From: a virus
Taxonomy: Duplodnaviria > Caudoviricetes
Strand: one strand, 5' to 3'
Length of the DNA: 38,611 nt
Virus record (IMG/VR): IMGVR_UViG_3300049201_000022
Coordinates: 1-38,611 of that record
Below the pieces are notes generated by a model. It did no database searches. It was not told where the DNA came from and worked only from the letters and a program-made list of their open reading frames with translations. The position numbers were made by a program, and so were the translations under genes. How positions within the stretch are numbered: position 1 is the stretch's first letter; every line of letters begins with the position of its first letter. Positions 17,124-26,019 of this stretch are shown piece after piece.

Positions 17124-18517
17124 TTGTTACCTCTTCTCTTCATAGCTTCCAATAACAAGTCCTGCACCTCGCGCTTCGACTCGCGCCGGGCCATAACAAG
17201 CTCGTCCACCGTGTCGCGCGCGATGATGTGGTAGATAAAGACCGGCCTATCGTGGCCGGCCTGTAGCTGGCGCGTCGGCCCGATGCGCTCAATGATTTGC
17301 TGGAACTCTTCTAAGTTCCAGTTGTGGCCGAAGAAGACGAGGATGTTGCCGCCGTCCTGCAAATTGAGACCGTGACCAGCACTCGCGGGGTGGGCGAAAA
17401 GGACAGGGATTTTCCCTGCGTTCCACTGCCGAATCGTATTCGGATCACTGTCAAGCGCACGCCCTTTCGGGAACGCCCGCTGTAGGCGTTGTAGGTCACT
17501 CTTGAAGTGGTAGGCCACCAGGATGGGCGCGCCGGCCGACTCTTCCACAATGTCCTCAAGCGCCTGAATTTTTGCATCGTGTACCTCTTCCCACTGCTCG
17601 CTGTTCTCGCCCACGTAGGCCGCGCCGTTGGCGAGCTGCAGGCACTTCATCGTCCTGGCCGCCGCGCTGAACGCTTCGACCTCGTGCTCGCCGATGACGG
17701 CGAACATCTTTTTCTCCATGTCGTCGTACAGGCGCCGCGCCTTCGCGGGCAGGTCCACGTAGACCGGGCACACGATGGGCTCGCGGATGTCCACGAAGTC
17801 GCGGATGTCGAGCGTCAGGCACAGGTCGCGCAGCGCGTCCTCAATCTGCTGCTGCGCGAACGGCAGCGGCTCGAGGCCGAAACCGTTGTGACCGGTACGG
17901 AACCAGCGCTCGGCGAACGCGGTGAAGCTGCGCCCGAGGCGCTGGCCGCCGTCCAGGAACCACGTCTGCCCCCACAAATCCTGTAGGCCGTTCGGGCTGG
18001 GCGTGCCGGTCAGATTCGACCAGCGCTTGACGTGCTTGTGCGCGACGCGGCCCAGCACCTTGGCGCGCGCCGTGCCCTGCTTCGTGCGGAAGCCCTTGAG
18101 CTTCGTGGACTCGTCGGCCACGACCTTCTCGAAGGGCCACGGGCGGCGCGTCGCCTCGAGGTGGGCGGCCAGCCATGGCAGGTTCTCGTAATTGATCGAG
18201 AACACCGACGCGTTCGTGTTCGCCAGAGCGCGGGCGCGGGCCTTGGCGTCGCCGACGATGGGCTGCACCTCGATGTGCCGCAGGTGGTCCCACTTCTCGG
18301 CCTCGTCCGGCCAGGTGCTCGCGGCCACGCGCAGCGGCGCGCACACGAGCGTCGGGCCGGCCAGCTCGCCGGCCAGGTACATCGCGTCCAGCGCGGTCAT
18401 CGTGGCCGTGGTCTTGCCCAGCCCCATGCCGGCGAACGTGCCGTTGCGCGGCACTTCGATGACGTGGTCGATGATCGGGCCTTGCCACGCCCGGGGGATG
18501 AACTTGCGACGAGTCAC
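17120..18517 (-). CDS. SNF2-family helicase
   Basis: MGLGKT, DES, LTGTP, GHGLNLQ, ERIGPTRQ; GTG start coupled to upstream stop. Confidence 0.9.
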   Translation of the reverse strand: MTRRKFIPRAWQGPIIDHVIEVPRNGTFAGMGLGKTTATMTALDAMYLAGELAGPTLVCAPLRVAASTWPDEAEKWDHLRHIEVQPIVGDAKARARALANTNASVFSINYENLPWLAAHLEATRRPWPFEKVVADESTKLKGFRTKQGTARAKVLGRVAHKHVKRWSNLTGTPSPNGLQDLWGQTWFLDGGQRLGRSFTAFAERWFRTGHNGFGLEPLPFAQQQIEDALRDLCLTLDIRDFVDIREPIVCPVYVDLPAKARRLYDDMEKKMFAVIGEHEVEAFSAAARTMKCLQLANGAAYVGENSEQWEEVHDAKIQALEDIVEESAGAPILVAYHFKSDLQRLQRAFPKGRALDSDPNTIRQWNAGKIPVLFAHPASAGHGLNLQDGGNILVFFGHNWNLEEFQQIIERIGPTRQLQAGHDRPVFIYHIIARDTVDELVMARRESKREVQDLLLEAMKRRGNK

Positions 18518-18741
18518 GCCGCAGACCTCGGCGTGCGCAGCGGGCAATGGTTGCTGTCCACGTCACCGGCATGCAGGCAGCAGTCCGTCGGGTCGCAATC
18601 ACACTGCACGCCGCGCTTCGCACGCGCCTCGGCGTCGAGCTGGCGGTCGGCGCGGCCGGCGGTGACTAGGCACGCCATCAGGGTCATGCCGGCGTACACG
18701 CCCAGCGCGAACAGCACAAGGTTGATAACGAGTTCCATCAC
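18514..18741 (-). CDS. Small protein with N-terminal TM and Cys-rich tail
   Basis: 4-nt overlaps at both ends. Confidence 0.55.
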   Translation of the reverse strand: MMELVINLVLFALGVYAGMTLMACLVTAGRADRQLDAEARAKRGVQCDCDPTDCCLHAGDVDSNHCPLRTPRSAA

Positions 18742-19109
18742 GCCACCCCTTCAAGAAATTTATCAACGGCCTCGATGGAATCGAGGACCACGACCCGCTG
18801 GCCCATCTTGCGCATGCGCTCGTGCTCGCGCGCCTGGTGGGGCTCGGCCACTTCGCCGGGGCGCTTCAACTCCACCCACGCGGACATCGGCGTGTGCAGC
18901 CGGCCGGTGAGCGCCGCGCCCATTGCCTCGCGTACTTCCAGGGCCGTGATGCGGTCGCCGCGCGGCAGGTCGGAATACGCCGGCAGCATCACGATGCGAT
19001 CCGGCGCGCCGCGGCGGCCGATCCACTGCACCTTGCGCACCTCGCCGCCCAGCGCCTTCACGCGCTTGACGAGGTGCTGCTCGACGGTCGATTCACGCAT
19101 CGTTGTCAC
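18738..19109 (-). CDS. VRR-NUC domain nuclease
   Basis: RESTVE, GAPDR, WVELKRPG, Q..EH. Confidence 0.85.
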   Translation of the reverse strand: MTTMRESTVEQHLVKRVKALGGEVRKVQWIGRRGAPDRIVMLPAYSDLPRGDRITALEVREAMGAALTGRLHTPMSAWVELKRPGEVAEPHQAREHERMRKMGQRVVVLDSIEAVDKFLEGVA

Positions 19110-19281
19110 CTGCCCCGGCGAGGTAGCCCAGCCAGAAGAACAGGCCGCACAGGCACGCGGCTTTCAGCACGATGTCCCACGTGAACACGCTGCCCTCTTG
19201 CCATTTGCCTACCTCGAAACCGCACGACACAACAATGAACAGAAGCAGGCCGCCGGCGAGAAACTTGGCCAGTGCGCTCAC
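19093..19281 (-). CDS. Small two-TM membrane protein
   Basis: GTGA coupling; two hydrophobic segments. Confidence 0.5.
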   Translation of the reverse strand: MSALAKFLAGGLLLFIVVSCGFEVGKWQEGSVFTWDIVLKAACLCGLFFWLGYLAGAGDNDA

Positions 19282-19469
19282 GGCCCCACCAGCAGCGTGA
19301 TGACGACAGCGACGGCCGAGACCACAATCACAATCTCGGGCGCGTACTTGCGCAGGCGCGAGCGCGGCACGTGCAGCGTCGCGCCGTGGCCGAACGCTTC
19401 GGCCAACGTGCGGGCCATCTTTTCGCCGCCGTAGTACGGCGCGGTGTGGGTATGCGGATGCTTTTTCAT
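19278..19469 (-). CDS. Small protein with C-terminal TM
   Basis: GGAGG RBS before MKKHPH; ARTLAEAFG motif. Confidence 0.6.
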   Translation of the reverse strand: MKKHPHTHTAPYYGGEKMARTLAEAFGHGATLHVPRSRLRKYAPEIVIVVSAVAVVITLLVGP

Positions 19470-19524
19470 TTTGGTTTTCCTCCCTGGTCTGGTCATCTGG
19501 CCGGCTGCTGCCGACCGTGAGCAA

Positions 19525-19553
19525 ATATTAGCAAACGCTAACGCGTTTAGCAA
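19525..19553 (-). promoter_or_regulatory. Putative sigma70 promoter with operator TTAGCAAACGCTAA
   Basis: TTGCTA-17-TAATAT; operator at 19528-19541. Confidence 0.6.
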
Positions 19554-21704
19554 CTAGTCTTTGCGGTATCGATACGCCTCGAAACCGGCGGCGGCCAGCG
19601 GCAGACCAGCGGCCCACGGCGGATTGGTGGCCATGAGCGCGGACAGGTGCTCGTGCGAGTAGTCGGCGGTGTCCGGTGCTTCCGTGAGCAGTTCGTCGTG
19701 CACCGACAGCACGATGTCGTAGCCCGCGGCTTCGATGGCTGGCATGTTCGACGTGAGCACGTCACGCGCGGCGGCCTGCGTGATGTTCTCGACCAGCTTG
19801 CCGCCGTAGGTCTTGATGCGTGACCACTTCCGGCTGTACTGGTTCACGCCCATGTAGCTGACCGTACCGTCGTCGGCGACCTGCGGCGACGGATAGCACA
19901 GGAACCGGCCCGAGGGCAGGCGGATCCGCAGCCACGCACCGTCGCGGCGCACCAACAGGCGCGGCCGGTCGTGCACGGCGCCCGAGCGCTTCCAGTGGAA
20001 CACGCCCTGTGCTTCGCGTTGGAAGCCGGCGCTGGACGTGTCGATGGTCGTGCCGGGCGAGTCGATGGCGCGCTTGACGGCGTAGCCCACGTCGGTCCAC
20101 AGGTCCGACACGCCCGGGTGCGCGTAGCGCCACGAGCGTTTGAACGACTCGCACACCATCCACGCCTGGTCGGACAGCCCGAACGTGCTGCGGCGCTGTT
20201 TCTTCGTCCAGTCGAGCATGCCGCGCGCCTCTTCCCAAATGTGGTCGGGAATGCTCGAGACCGCGGCGTCGCTCATGGCCTCGATGTCCAGGCCGTACAC
20301 CAGGGCGAACTGCAGGAAGGCGCCGACGCCGCCCTCGTAGCCGAGGCCCAGCTCCATGACCTTGCCGATTTGCCGGCCGTCCTTTGTCACCTCTTCGGCC
20401 GTGATGTTGAAGGCGCGGGCATACGCCAGCTTGTACAGGTCGGCGCCGATGCCGGCGTCGAAGTCGGCGAACGCGGCCAGCTTCCACTTCTCGCCGGCCA
20501 GCCACGCCAGCTTGCGGCCCTCGATGTTCGACAAGTCGGCCACGCACAACTTCTTGCCGGGCCGCGCCACGATGCAGCCGCGCACCGCGTTGTTCGCCAG
20601 TTCCATCACGTTGTCCGTGACGAGGTCTTCGCAGTCCGCTTTCATCGCCTCGATGCCCTGGTCGATGGCGGCCTGCTTGAGCGTCGGGCGCATCATGTTC
20701 TGCGGCTGGAACAGGCGGCCGGCCCAGCGCCCGGTGCGGCTGGCGCCGCAGAACTGCAGCGTGCCGCGCAGCCGGTCGTCCTGGGACACCGCGCGCACGA
20801 GCGTTTTGTATTTGCTGGCGCTGGTGGTCGATGCCTGCAGGCGGATGGCCAGCAGTTCGCGCAGCGCCCACGGCAGGCTCGTGTCCTCGACGCGGCGTTC
20901 CAGCGTGGCCTTGGTCAAGTCGGGCAGGTCCACGCCGTACTCGGCCAGCAGGTGCGCGAGCAGCTTGTCGCGCTGCGTGGCGCGCTGCAGCTCGCCGTTG
21001 GTCAGCTCGACCGTGCGCGCGGCCAGCCGCTTCTGCGCGCGGTCTACGGCGCGGATGGCGGCGCGCGCGAGGTCCAGGTCCATCTGGACGCCGCGCATGT
21101 TGATGGCCTGGTCCAGATGCCACAGCAGCATTTCGCCGCCCTGGTAATTCCAGGTCGGCATCTTCTTGTGAACCGAGCGCATGGACGGGATGTCCTGGAT
21201 GGCGTAGCGCTTGAACGATTCCCACTCGTTCGGGTGCGTGTGTCGCGTCGCGCGCCCGCGTTTCAGGTTCTTGGCTGGCGGCTTGCAGAACAGTTGGATG
21301 AGCGCCTTGCCGTCGAGTTTCTTGTCTTCGTCGGCCACGTTGAAAATCTGGCACAGCGCATCGAGGCCGCCGGGCAGCGAGTGCGCGAGCGCCTGCACGC
21401 GCGTGTCGTACCAGCGTTCGATGGGCGCCGCGTCGTAGACCCACGGCAGCGCGTGCTTGACGACGACGCGGTCGAACATGCCGCCGTTCTGCCACACGGT
21501 CATCACGTCACGGTCGTGCAGTGCGTCGGCCAGATCGCTGGGCGGCTTCGGGTGCGTGGTCAAGTCCCAAAGCTGGGGCTTGTCGTCGTTCAGGGCGTAG
21601 GGGAACAGCATCACCTCGGCCTGCTCGGCGTAGCGGTGCGTGCCGTCTTTCAGGGGAACCGGGCTATATGTCTCCAGGTCGCAATAGAGTTTGTGAGTGG
21701 TCAT
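19554..21704 (-). CDS. Phage family A DNA polymerase
   Basis: DLETYS exonuclease motif, RTGRWAG, DLSNIEGR (A), RQIGKVMELGLGY (B), VHDE (C). Confidence 0.93.
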   Translation of the reverse strand: MTTHKLYCDLETYSPVPLKDGTHRYAEQAEVMLFPYALNDDKPQLWDLTTHPKPPSDLADALHDRDVMTVWQNGGMFDRVVVKHALPWVYDAAPIERWYDTRVQALAHSLPGGLDALCQIFNVADEDKKLDGKALIQLFCKPPAKNLKRGRATRHTHPNEWESFKRYAIQDIPSMRSVHKKMPTWNYQGGEMLLWHLDQAINMRGVQMDLDLARAAIRAVDRAQKRLAARTVELTNGELQRATQRDKLLAHLLAEYGVDLPDLTKATLERRVEDTSLPWALRELLAIRLQASTTSASKYKTLVRAVSQDDRLRGTLQFCGASRTGRWAGRLFQPQNMMRPTLKQAAIDQGIEAMKADCEDLVTDNVMELANNAVRGCIVARPGKKLCVADLSNIEGRKLAWLAGEKWKLAAFADFDAGIGADLYKLAYARAFNITAEEVTKDGRQIGKVMELGLGYEGGVGAFLQFALVYGLDIEAMSDAAVSSIPDHIWEEARGMLDWTKKQRRSTFGLSDQAWMVCESFKRSWRYAHPGVSDLWTDVGYAVKRAIDSPGTTIDTSSAGFQREAQGVFHWKRSGAVHDRPRLLVRRDGAWLRIRLPSGRFLCYPSPQVADDGTVSYMGVNQYSRKWSRIKTYGGKLVENITQAAARDVLTSNMPAIEAAGYDIVLSVHDELLTEAPDTADYSHEHLSALMATNPPWAAGLPLAAAGFEAYRYRKD

Positions 21705-22087
21705 CGAAAGAGCGGTAATTGTTCTGGCTGGTCGAAGAGCTCAAGCTGCTCAGGGCACCAGTTGTTTGTTTTGGCCATGTTCGGGCCGGCGGGAATCGCG
21801 CGCAGGTTGCCATCGACGTGCAGGCCGCATACGCGCGGGTGGTTCAGCGGGATGACGTGGTCCACGTGATGCTTCACGCCCGTGGCCTGCGTGAGCCGGT
21901 CGGCTTCGCGGTACACCTCGCGAATCTTCTTGAAGTCCGCCCACGGCACCGTGGCGCGGATGCGGGCCACGATCCAGTTCGACGCGGCGAAGGACGGCGG
22001 CAGCGACTCGCGGCCGTGCTGGAACAGTCGCACGCGCAGCGCGCGGCAGGCGCGGGCGCCGAAGGAACCGGCCGGCGTTTTAGCCAC
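21701..22087 (-). CDS. HNH endonuclease
   Basis: HHVDHVIPL...VCGLHV..NL......N..K. Confidence 0.8.
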   Translation of the reverse strand: MAKTPAGSFGARACRALRVRLFQHGRESLPPSFAASNWIVARIRATVPWADFKKIREVYREADRLTQATGVKHHVDHVIPLNHPRVCGLHVDGNLRAIPAGPNMAKTNNWCPEQLELFDQPEQLPLFR

Positions 22088-22355
22088 GGTCGGCCTCGAG
22101 TTGGCGGACGCGGGCCTCGGCGGTGCGCAGCTTTTCCACTAAGTCGCGCGTGGTCAGCACCATAGCGTCGATGTGATGGCGTTTATTGCGAATCAGGCCG
22201 TTGTACGCGGCCAGTTCGCGCTGCCAGGCGTTTGCGTACATATCAGCGTCCGCGTTTGCGTCGGCTGCGATCTTCTTGTATTTGGCCGCCTCGGCGCGCA
22301 GCGCGGCCATGTCGCGCATGGCTTCCTGCTCAACGACTTCAAATGGGTGGGTCAT
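22080..22355 (-). CDS. Coiled-coil hypothetical protein
   Basis: ATGA coupling at 22352-22355 (MTHPFE). Confidence 0.6.
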   Translation of the reverse strand: MTHPFEVVEQEAMRDMAALRAEAAKYKKIAADANADADMYANAWQRELAAYNGLIRNKRHHIDAMVLTTRDLVEKLRTAEARVRQLEADRG

Positions 22356-22684
22356 GCTGCTTCCTCGATGTAGCCGCCACCGAATTCGGCGGGGATGTCC
22401 TCGTGGGCGACGCCACGGGCGCGCGCCTGGTTGTAGTAGCCACGCGGGTGCTGGTCGCAAAAGGGATGCGTTACCCGGTGCGGGAAATGCACGCCGCGCA
22501 CCATGTCCACGCCGCTGCAGCCGCACAGCCCGCGGCGGTTGTACTCGCGGCCCTCGATGCGCCAGCCCTTCCGGTTGCCGCACTTCGGGCAGGCCGGAAT
22601 GACTTTGTAGTCGTCGGGGTGCGTGGTGACCACGCGCCGATGGCGACAGGCTTTGTGTTTGCAGCGGACTGAGTACGTGGTCAT
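22352..22684 (-). CDS. Cys/His-rich putative zinc-binding protein
   Basis: CKHKAC, CPKC, CGC, HFPHR..HPFC. Confidence 0.65.
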   Translation of the reverse strand: MTTYSVRCKHKACRHRRVVTTHPDDYKVIPACPKCGNRKGWRIEGREYNRRGLCGCSGVDMVRGVHFPHRVTHPFCDQHPRGYYNQARARGVAHEDIPAEFGGGYIEEAA

Positions 22685-22699
22685 ATGTTCTGTGGCCTA

Positions 22700-22953
22700 T
22701 TCCCGAGCTTTCCGCCTATCCCACTTACGGGCTTCCGACGGTCGAGTCGCTGCACCTCTGTTCTGAAGCGACGCGGGCAGAGGTGCGAAACCAGCTCGGG
22801 CTTTTTCCCGCGCAGCCAACCGCGGGCGGTTTGAGGAAGCCCCCGCTATTCGGTGGTGGGGCCAGGGATCGAACCTGGAACACGAGGGGGCGGCCCTCGG
22901 CGTCTACCAGTTGCACCACCCCACCACCGAATAGCCCTGCCCCGTGGGGCAGG
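22700..22953 (-). ncRNA. Structured intergenic RNA: tRNA-like cloverleaf plus crossing helices
   Basis: Cloverleaf at 22925-22854 in a 17-bp perfect stem; further 6-9 bp complementary pairs over 22702-22842. Confidence 0.65.
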
Positions 22954-22962
22954 ACCGAGGAC

Positions 22963-23541
22963 TTAGGCCAGGTCGTCCATGGCTTCCTCATCGACGCCGA
23001 GGTCTTCGAAGTCGTCCTCTTTCGCCTTGCCGGCGCCGCCGAAGCTGTCGCCGTCCTTGTAGAACTGCACACCCATCAGGCCGCAGCGGATGCCGCTGTT
23101 CTCGCCGTCCTGCGCGTAAATCTCGACCACCGCGTTGACGTAGCAGCCGGCGTACGGGCGGGCGTCGGTCTGTTTCAGCGGGGACTTGTCGCGGTCCAGG
23201 ATCGTGGGCGCGCCGTCGGTTTCCTTGCGGTGGGCGGCCAGGTACATCATCCCGGCGAAGCCGTCGTACTCCTTGAGGTCGCCGTCCAGGTAGCAGAACT
23301 TGTTGCTGTTCGTGCGCATGGCCGCGACCTGCTTGTCGGCCTGGCCGGGCTTCGTCCACTTCTCTTTCGCGGCGGCGATGATGGCGGCTTCGACGGCCTT
23401 GTGATTCGCGCTGCCCGGCTCGACCAGGAAGGTGGCGCTGTGGCGAGCGATGCCCTTGCCCTGGTACTGCTCGGCGGCGCCCGGCCAGATGGAACCGCAG
23501 AAGGCGATGCGGACGTTTGCAAGTTTGACTTTTTGACCCAT
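22963..23541 (-). CDS. ssDNA-binding protein (DUF2815, T7 gp2.5-like)
   Basis: YAGCYVNA, GVQFYKDG, acidic C-terminal tail. Confidence 0.85.
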   Translation of the reverse strand: MGQKVKLANVRIAFCGSIWPGAAEQYQGKGIARHSATFLVEPGSANHKAVEAAIIAAAKEKWTKPGQADKQVAAMRTNSNKFCYLDGDLKEYDGFAGMMYLAAHRKETDGAPTILDRDKSPLKQTDARPYAGCYVNAVVEIYAQDGENSGIRCGLMGVQFYKDGDSFGGAGKAKEDDFEDLGVDEEAMDDLA

Positions 23542-23553
23542 GGTCGTTTCTCC

Positions 23554-23796
23554 TTAAAAGGTGGGGATGGCGTAGCCGTGGCCGCTGCTCGTGGTGACGT
23601 AGTCGTTGAGCGCCAAGGCGGTGAAGAGGTGCGGGTGTTCGCGCTTGATGCGCTTGATGGCCTGGTCCACCGCACGGACACGCGCGAGCGGGTCCGATTC
23701 GGGAACCTTCGTTGCTGCCGCTCGGCGCAACATCGCCTGCGCATCGAGCGGCAGCAGGTTGTGGCAGGAAACAAATTGCGAGGCGTCGTGATTCAT
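23554..23796 (-). CDS. Hypothetical protein
   Basis: Tightly packed in operon. Confidence 0.6.
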   Translation of the reverse strand: MNHDASQFVSCHNLLPLDAQAMLRRAAATKVPESDPLARVRAVDQAIKRIKREHPHLFTALALNDYVTTSSGHGYAIPTF

Positions 23797-23798
23797 GG

Positions 23799-25121
23799 CT
23801 ACACCAGGTCGTCAGCGGTTTCGGTTGTTGCGGGTTGTTGCTCGGGTACTGCGTCGAAGTCGTCTTCGACAGGCGTGATGACCACGGCCGCACGCTTGTC
23901 GTTTTCGGGCGCGACGGACAGGCCGCCCTCGGCTTGCGTGATGAGCGCCTGTAGCTTCGGCCACTGGCGTTCGCCGATGACGCCGGACTTAGCCAGCTTC
24001 TCGGCGGTCGTCGGGCTGATGAGCTTGTAGTCGTACATTTCTTCCTTCTTCAAGCGCATCGCCTTGAGCGCGACCTCGACGGCCTGGGCGTCACCCCACT
24101 GCCGCGCGCCCGCCCTGCCCTTGACCAGCTTGTAGCCGGGCACGGGGCGACCGGCCAGCAGGTCCAGTTCGGCGCGAGCGCGCACGGCCTTGCACCACGA
24201 CTCGATGAAGTCGATTTGCCGCAGCAGCTCGGCGATATGCGGGCCGTCGCTGTTCTCGACGCGCTCGATGGCCGCGCTGATTTGCGGCTCGAGGTCGCGT
24301 GTCATGTCCACGAAGTCGTCGGCCACGGTGTTCAGCGCGAGCTGCGCGGCGGCCGGGCACTTACCCTTGGCCTTGCAGAACTTGCACTGCTTGTCGCCAG
24401 GGGTGAAGTCGTCGGCGGCCGGCGGCTCGGTCTTGCGCACGTCGAACAGGTACATGGCCTTGTCGGCGGCGGGCCGCAGCATGTCCTTGGCCCAGCCGAG
24501 CAGGTCTTCGACTTCGCACTCGTCCGCGTCCACGTGACCGAGGCGGGGCTGGTGGATGCACCACGAAGCCACCTTGTAATCGCCGAGGGCCGAGAACTGG
24601 TCGTAGGCACCGAGCGCGTAAATCATCATCTGCTCGTTGTCCTCGGCGTAGACGCGCACGCCGCGACCGAACTTCAAGTCGTTCACGTCGATTTGCATGT
24701 GCGCGCCCCAATCGACCAGCAGCACCACGTCGCTCGTGCCGAACTGGCCGGACTCGCCGACGAACGCCGAGAAGTCCACGCGGACCTCGACCAGCATTTC
24801 GACCGACACCGCGCCGCGCAGCTTGAACTGCTCGATGCGCTCGTGGATCGCGTCCACGTACGTCTGCACGTGGGTCGCCATGTCCTCGGTGCACTCGACG
24901 GTCTTGTGCGGGCCGACATCAACACGGCGCCCGATGTACGCGGCGGCCGGCTTGTTCTCCGTCAGCGCCCATTCGGCGACCTGGTGGGCGGCGGTGCCCT
25001 CTTCGGCGTAGGCGCCCGCGTTGTCGGGGCAGTCCGCCTCGAGGGCCAGCGAGGCCGCGCAGCGCATCCACTTCGATGCGCCGGACGGCGACAGGCGGGC
25101 GTGTTGTGCGCTGTCGCCCAT
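23799..25121 (-). CDS. Cas4-like PD-(D/E)xK exonuclease (DUF2800)
   Basis: HARLSPS..KW..C, EGTAAH, GTSD, DLKFG, Q...YALG, CKFC....C. Confidence 0.88.
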   Translation of the reverse strand: MGDSAQHARLSPSGASKWMRCAASLALEADCPDNAGAYAEEGTAAHQVAEWALTENKPAAAYIGRRVDVGPHKTVECTEDMATHVQTYVDAIHERIEQFKLRGAVSVEMLVEVRVDFSAFVGESGQFGTSDVVLLVDWGAHMQIDVNDLKFGRGVRVYAEDNEQMMIYALGAYDQFSALGDYKVASWCIHQPRLGHVDADECEVEDLLGWAKDMLRPAADKAMYLFDVRKTEPPAADDFTPGDKQCKFCKAKGKCPAAAQLALNTVADDFVDMTRDLEPQISAAIERVENSDGPHIAELLRQIDFIESWCKAVRARAELDLLAGRPVPGYKLVKGRAGARQWGDAQAVEVALKAMRLKKEEMYDYKLISPTTAEKLAKSGVIGERQWPKLQALITQAEGGLSVAPENDKRAAVVITPVEDDFDAVPEQQPATTETADDLV

Positions 25122-25303
25122 CACAGACCCCCTTTCGGCTGGCCGTAGCGCGTCGCACCGCACTCGCACTTGTAGCCGCCGCGGCACGACAAGGTCATGC
25201 GCGTGCCGCTTGGCCCCTGCGTGATGCTCTTGAACGTCACGTCACGCACGTGCGTCCATTTGTGTTTCGGCCCCAGCGTGCAGGGTTTCGTCTTGGCGAC
25301 CAT
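25121..25303 (-). CDS. Small hypothetical protein
   Basis: 60 aa, coupled to downstream start. Confidence 0.5.
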   Translation of the reverse strand: MVAKTKPCTLGPKHKWTHVRDVTFKSITQGPSGTRMTLSCRGGYKCECGATRYGQPKGGL

Positions 25304-25305
25304 GA

Positions 25306-25860
25306 TTACGCGAGCGCTTCTTCGTCGGCGGCCATCGGGTCGTACTCGCCGGCCAGCGTCTTCTGCGCGAGGTCGTGGAATTCGGCGAACTGCTCGGGCT
25401 TGAGGTCCGGGCCTTTGCCGGCGCCGAAGCGCTGCAGCAGCGCGGTGACGATGTCGCGGCCCCTTTCCTTGGCGATGGTCAGGATGGCCGGCTTGACGTG
25501 GCCGTCGTAGGTGACCTCTTCACCGTCCGAGGAAGGTTGCGCAGCGGTGGTGCTCGAGGTCTTTTCTTGCGCACCGGCCTGCTGGGCCGTGGTTTCTTGC
25601 TTGGCACCAGACTGCGACGAAGCAGTCGCCGCATCCTTTTTTGCTTCGGTCTTCGCCTTGCCTTCGGCCTTCGGCTTCTCGGTCTTGGCTTCGGCAGCGG
25701 CGGCCGGTGCCGAGCTGGCGGCGGGCGCGGTCGGCGTGTCGATGCCGGCGAGGGTGTGGGCGGCGACCAGCGCGCTGGCCAGGTCAGCGGCCTGCGTGGT
25801 GAAGTTGACTTCGTTGTCGCCGAACATGCGACGAACTGCGACGGTGACGAGGTGGGACAT
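25306..25860 (-). CDS. Hypothetical protein with low-complexity linker, first gene of leftward operon
   Basis: AAGGAG RBS; C-terminal LLQRFGA...DLKPEQF motif typical upstream of DUF2800. Confidence 0.7.
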   Translation of the reverse strand: MSHLVTVAVRRMFGDNEVNFTTQAADLASALVAAHTLAGIDTPTAPAASSAPAAAAEAKTEKPKAEGKAKTEAKKDAATASSQSGAKQETTAQQAGAQEKTSSTTAAQPSSDGEEVTYDGHVKPAILTIAKERGRDIVTALLQRFGAGKGPDLKPEQFAEFHDLAQKTLAGEYDPMAADEEALA

Positions 25861-25874
25861 TCTTGACTCCTTCT

Positions 25875-25962
25875 AAAGTTTGCTAACGGGTTTGCCTAAA
25901 CTGCCCGCATAATTTAGCAGATGCTTTAGCGTACGGTCAAGAAATTTTTCACGATGCTAACG
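25875..25962 (-). promoter_or_regulatory. Leftward early promoter with GCTAA operator half-sites
   Basis: TTGACC(25940-25935)-18-TAAATT(25916-25911); TTAGCAGATGCTTT at 25914-25927. Confidence 0.6.
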
Positions 25963-25971
25963 AATACGGGC

Positions 25972-26004
25972 AAAAGAAAAGCCGCCCCGAAGGCGGCTTT
26001 GTTT
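25972..26004. terminator. Intrinsic terminator, likely bidirectional
   Basis: AAAGCCGCC-ccgaa-GGCGGCTTT with A/T tracts on both sides. Confidence 0.85.
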
Positions 26005-26019
26005 GCGGATATGTGGCGG

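Noticed and set aside
22854-22925. Functional decoding tRNA
   Set aside because: 5-nt loop without U33; no amino acid assignable; reported as tRNA-like RNA instead
22936-22953. Terminator after SSB
   Set aside because: Strong hairpin but no U-tract on either side; treated as part of the structured RNA
23799-25121. CRISPR-Cas locus because of a Cas4-like gene
   Set aside because: DUF2800-SSB-PolA is a standard phage replication module; no other cas genes
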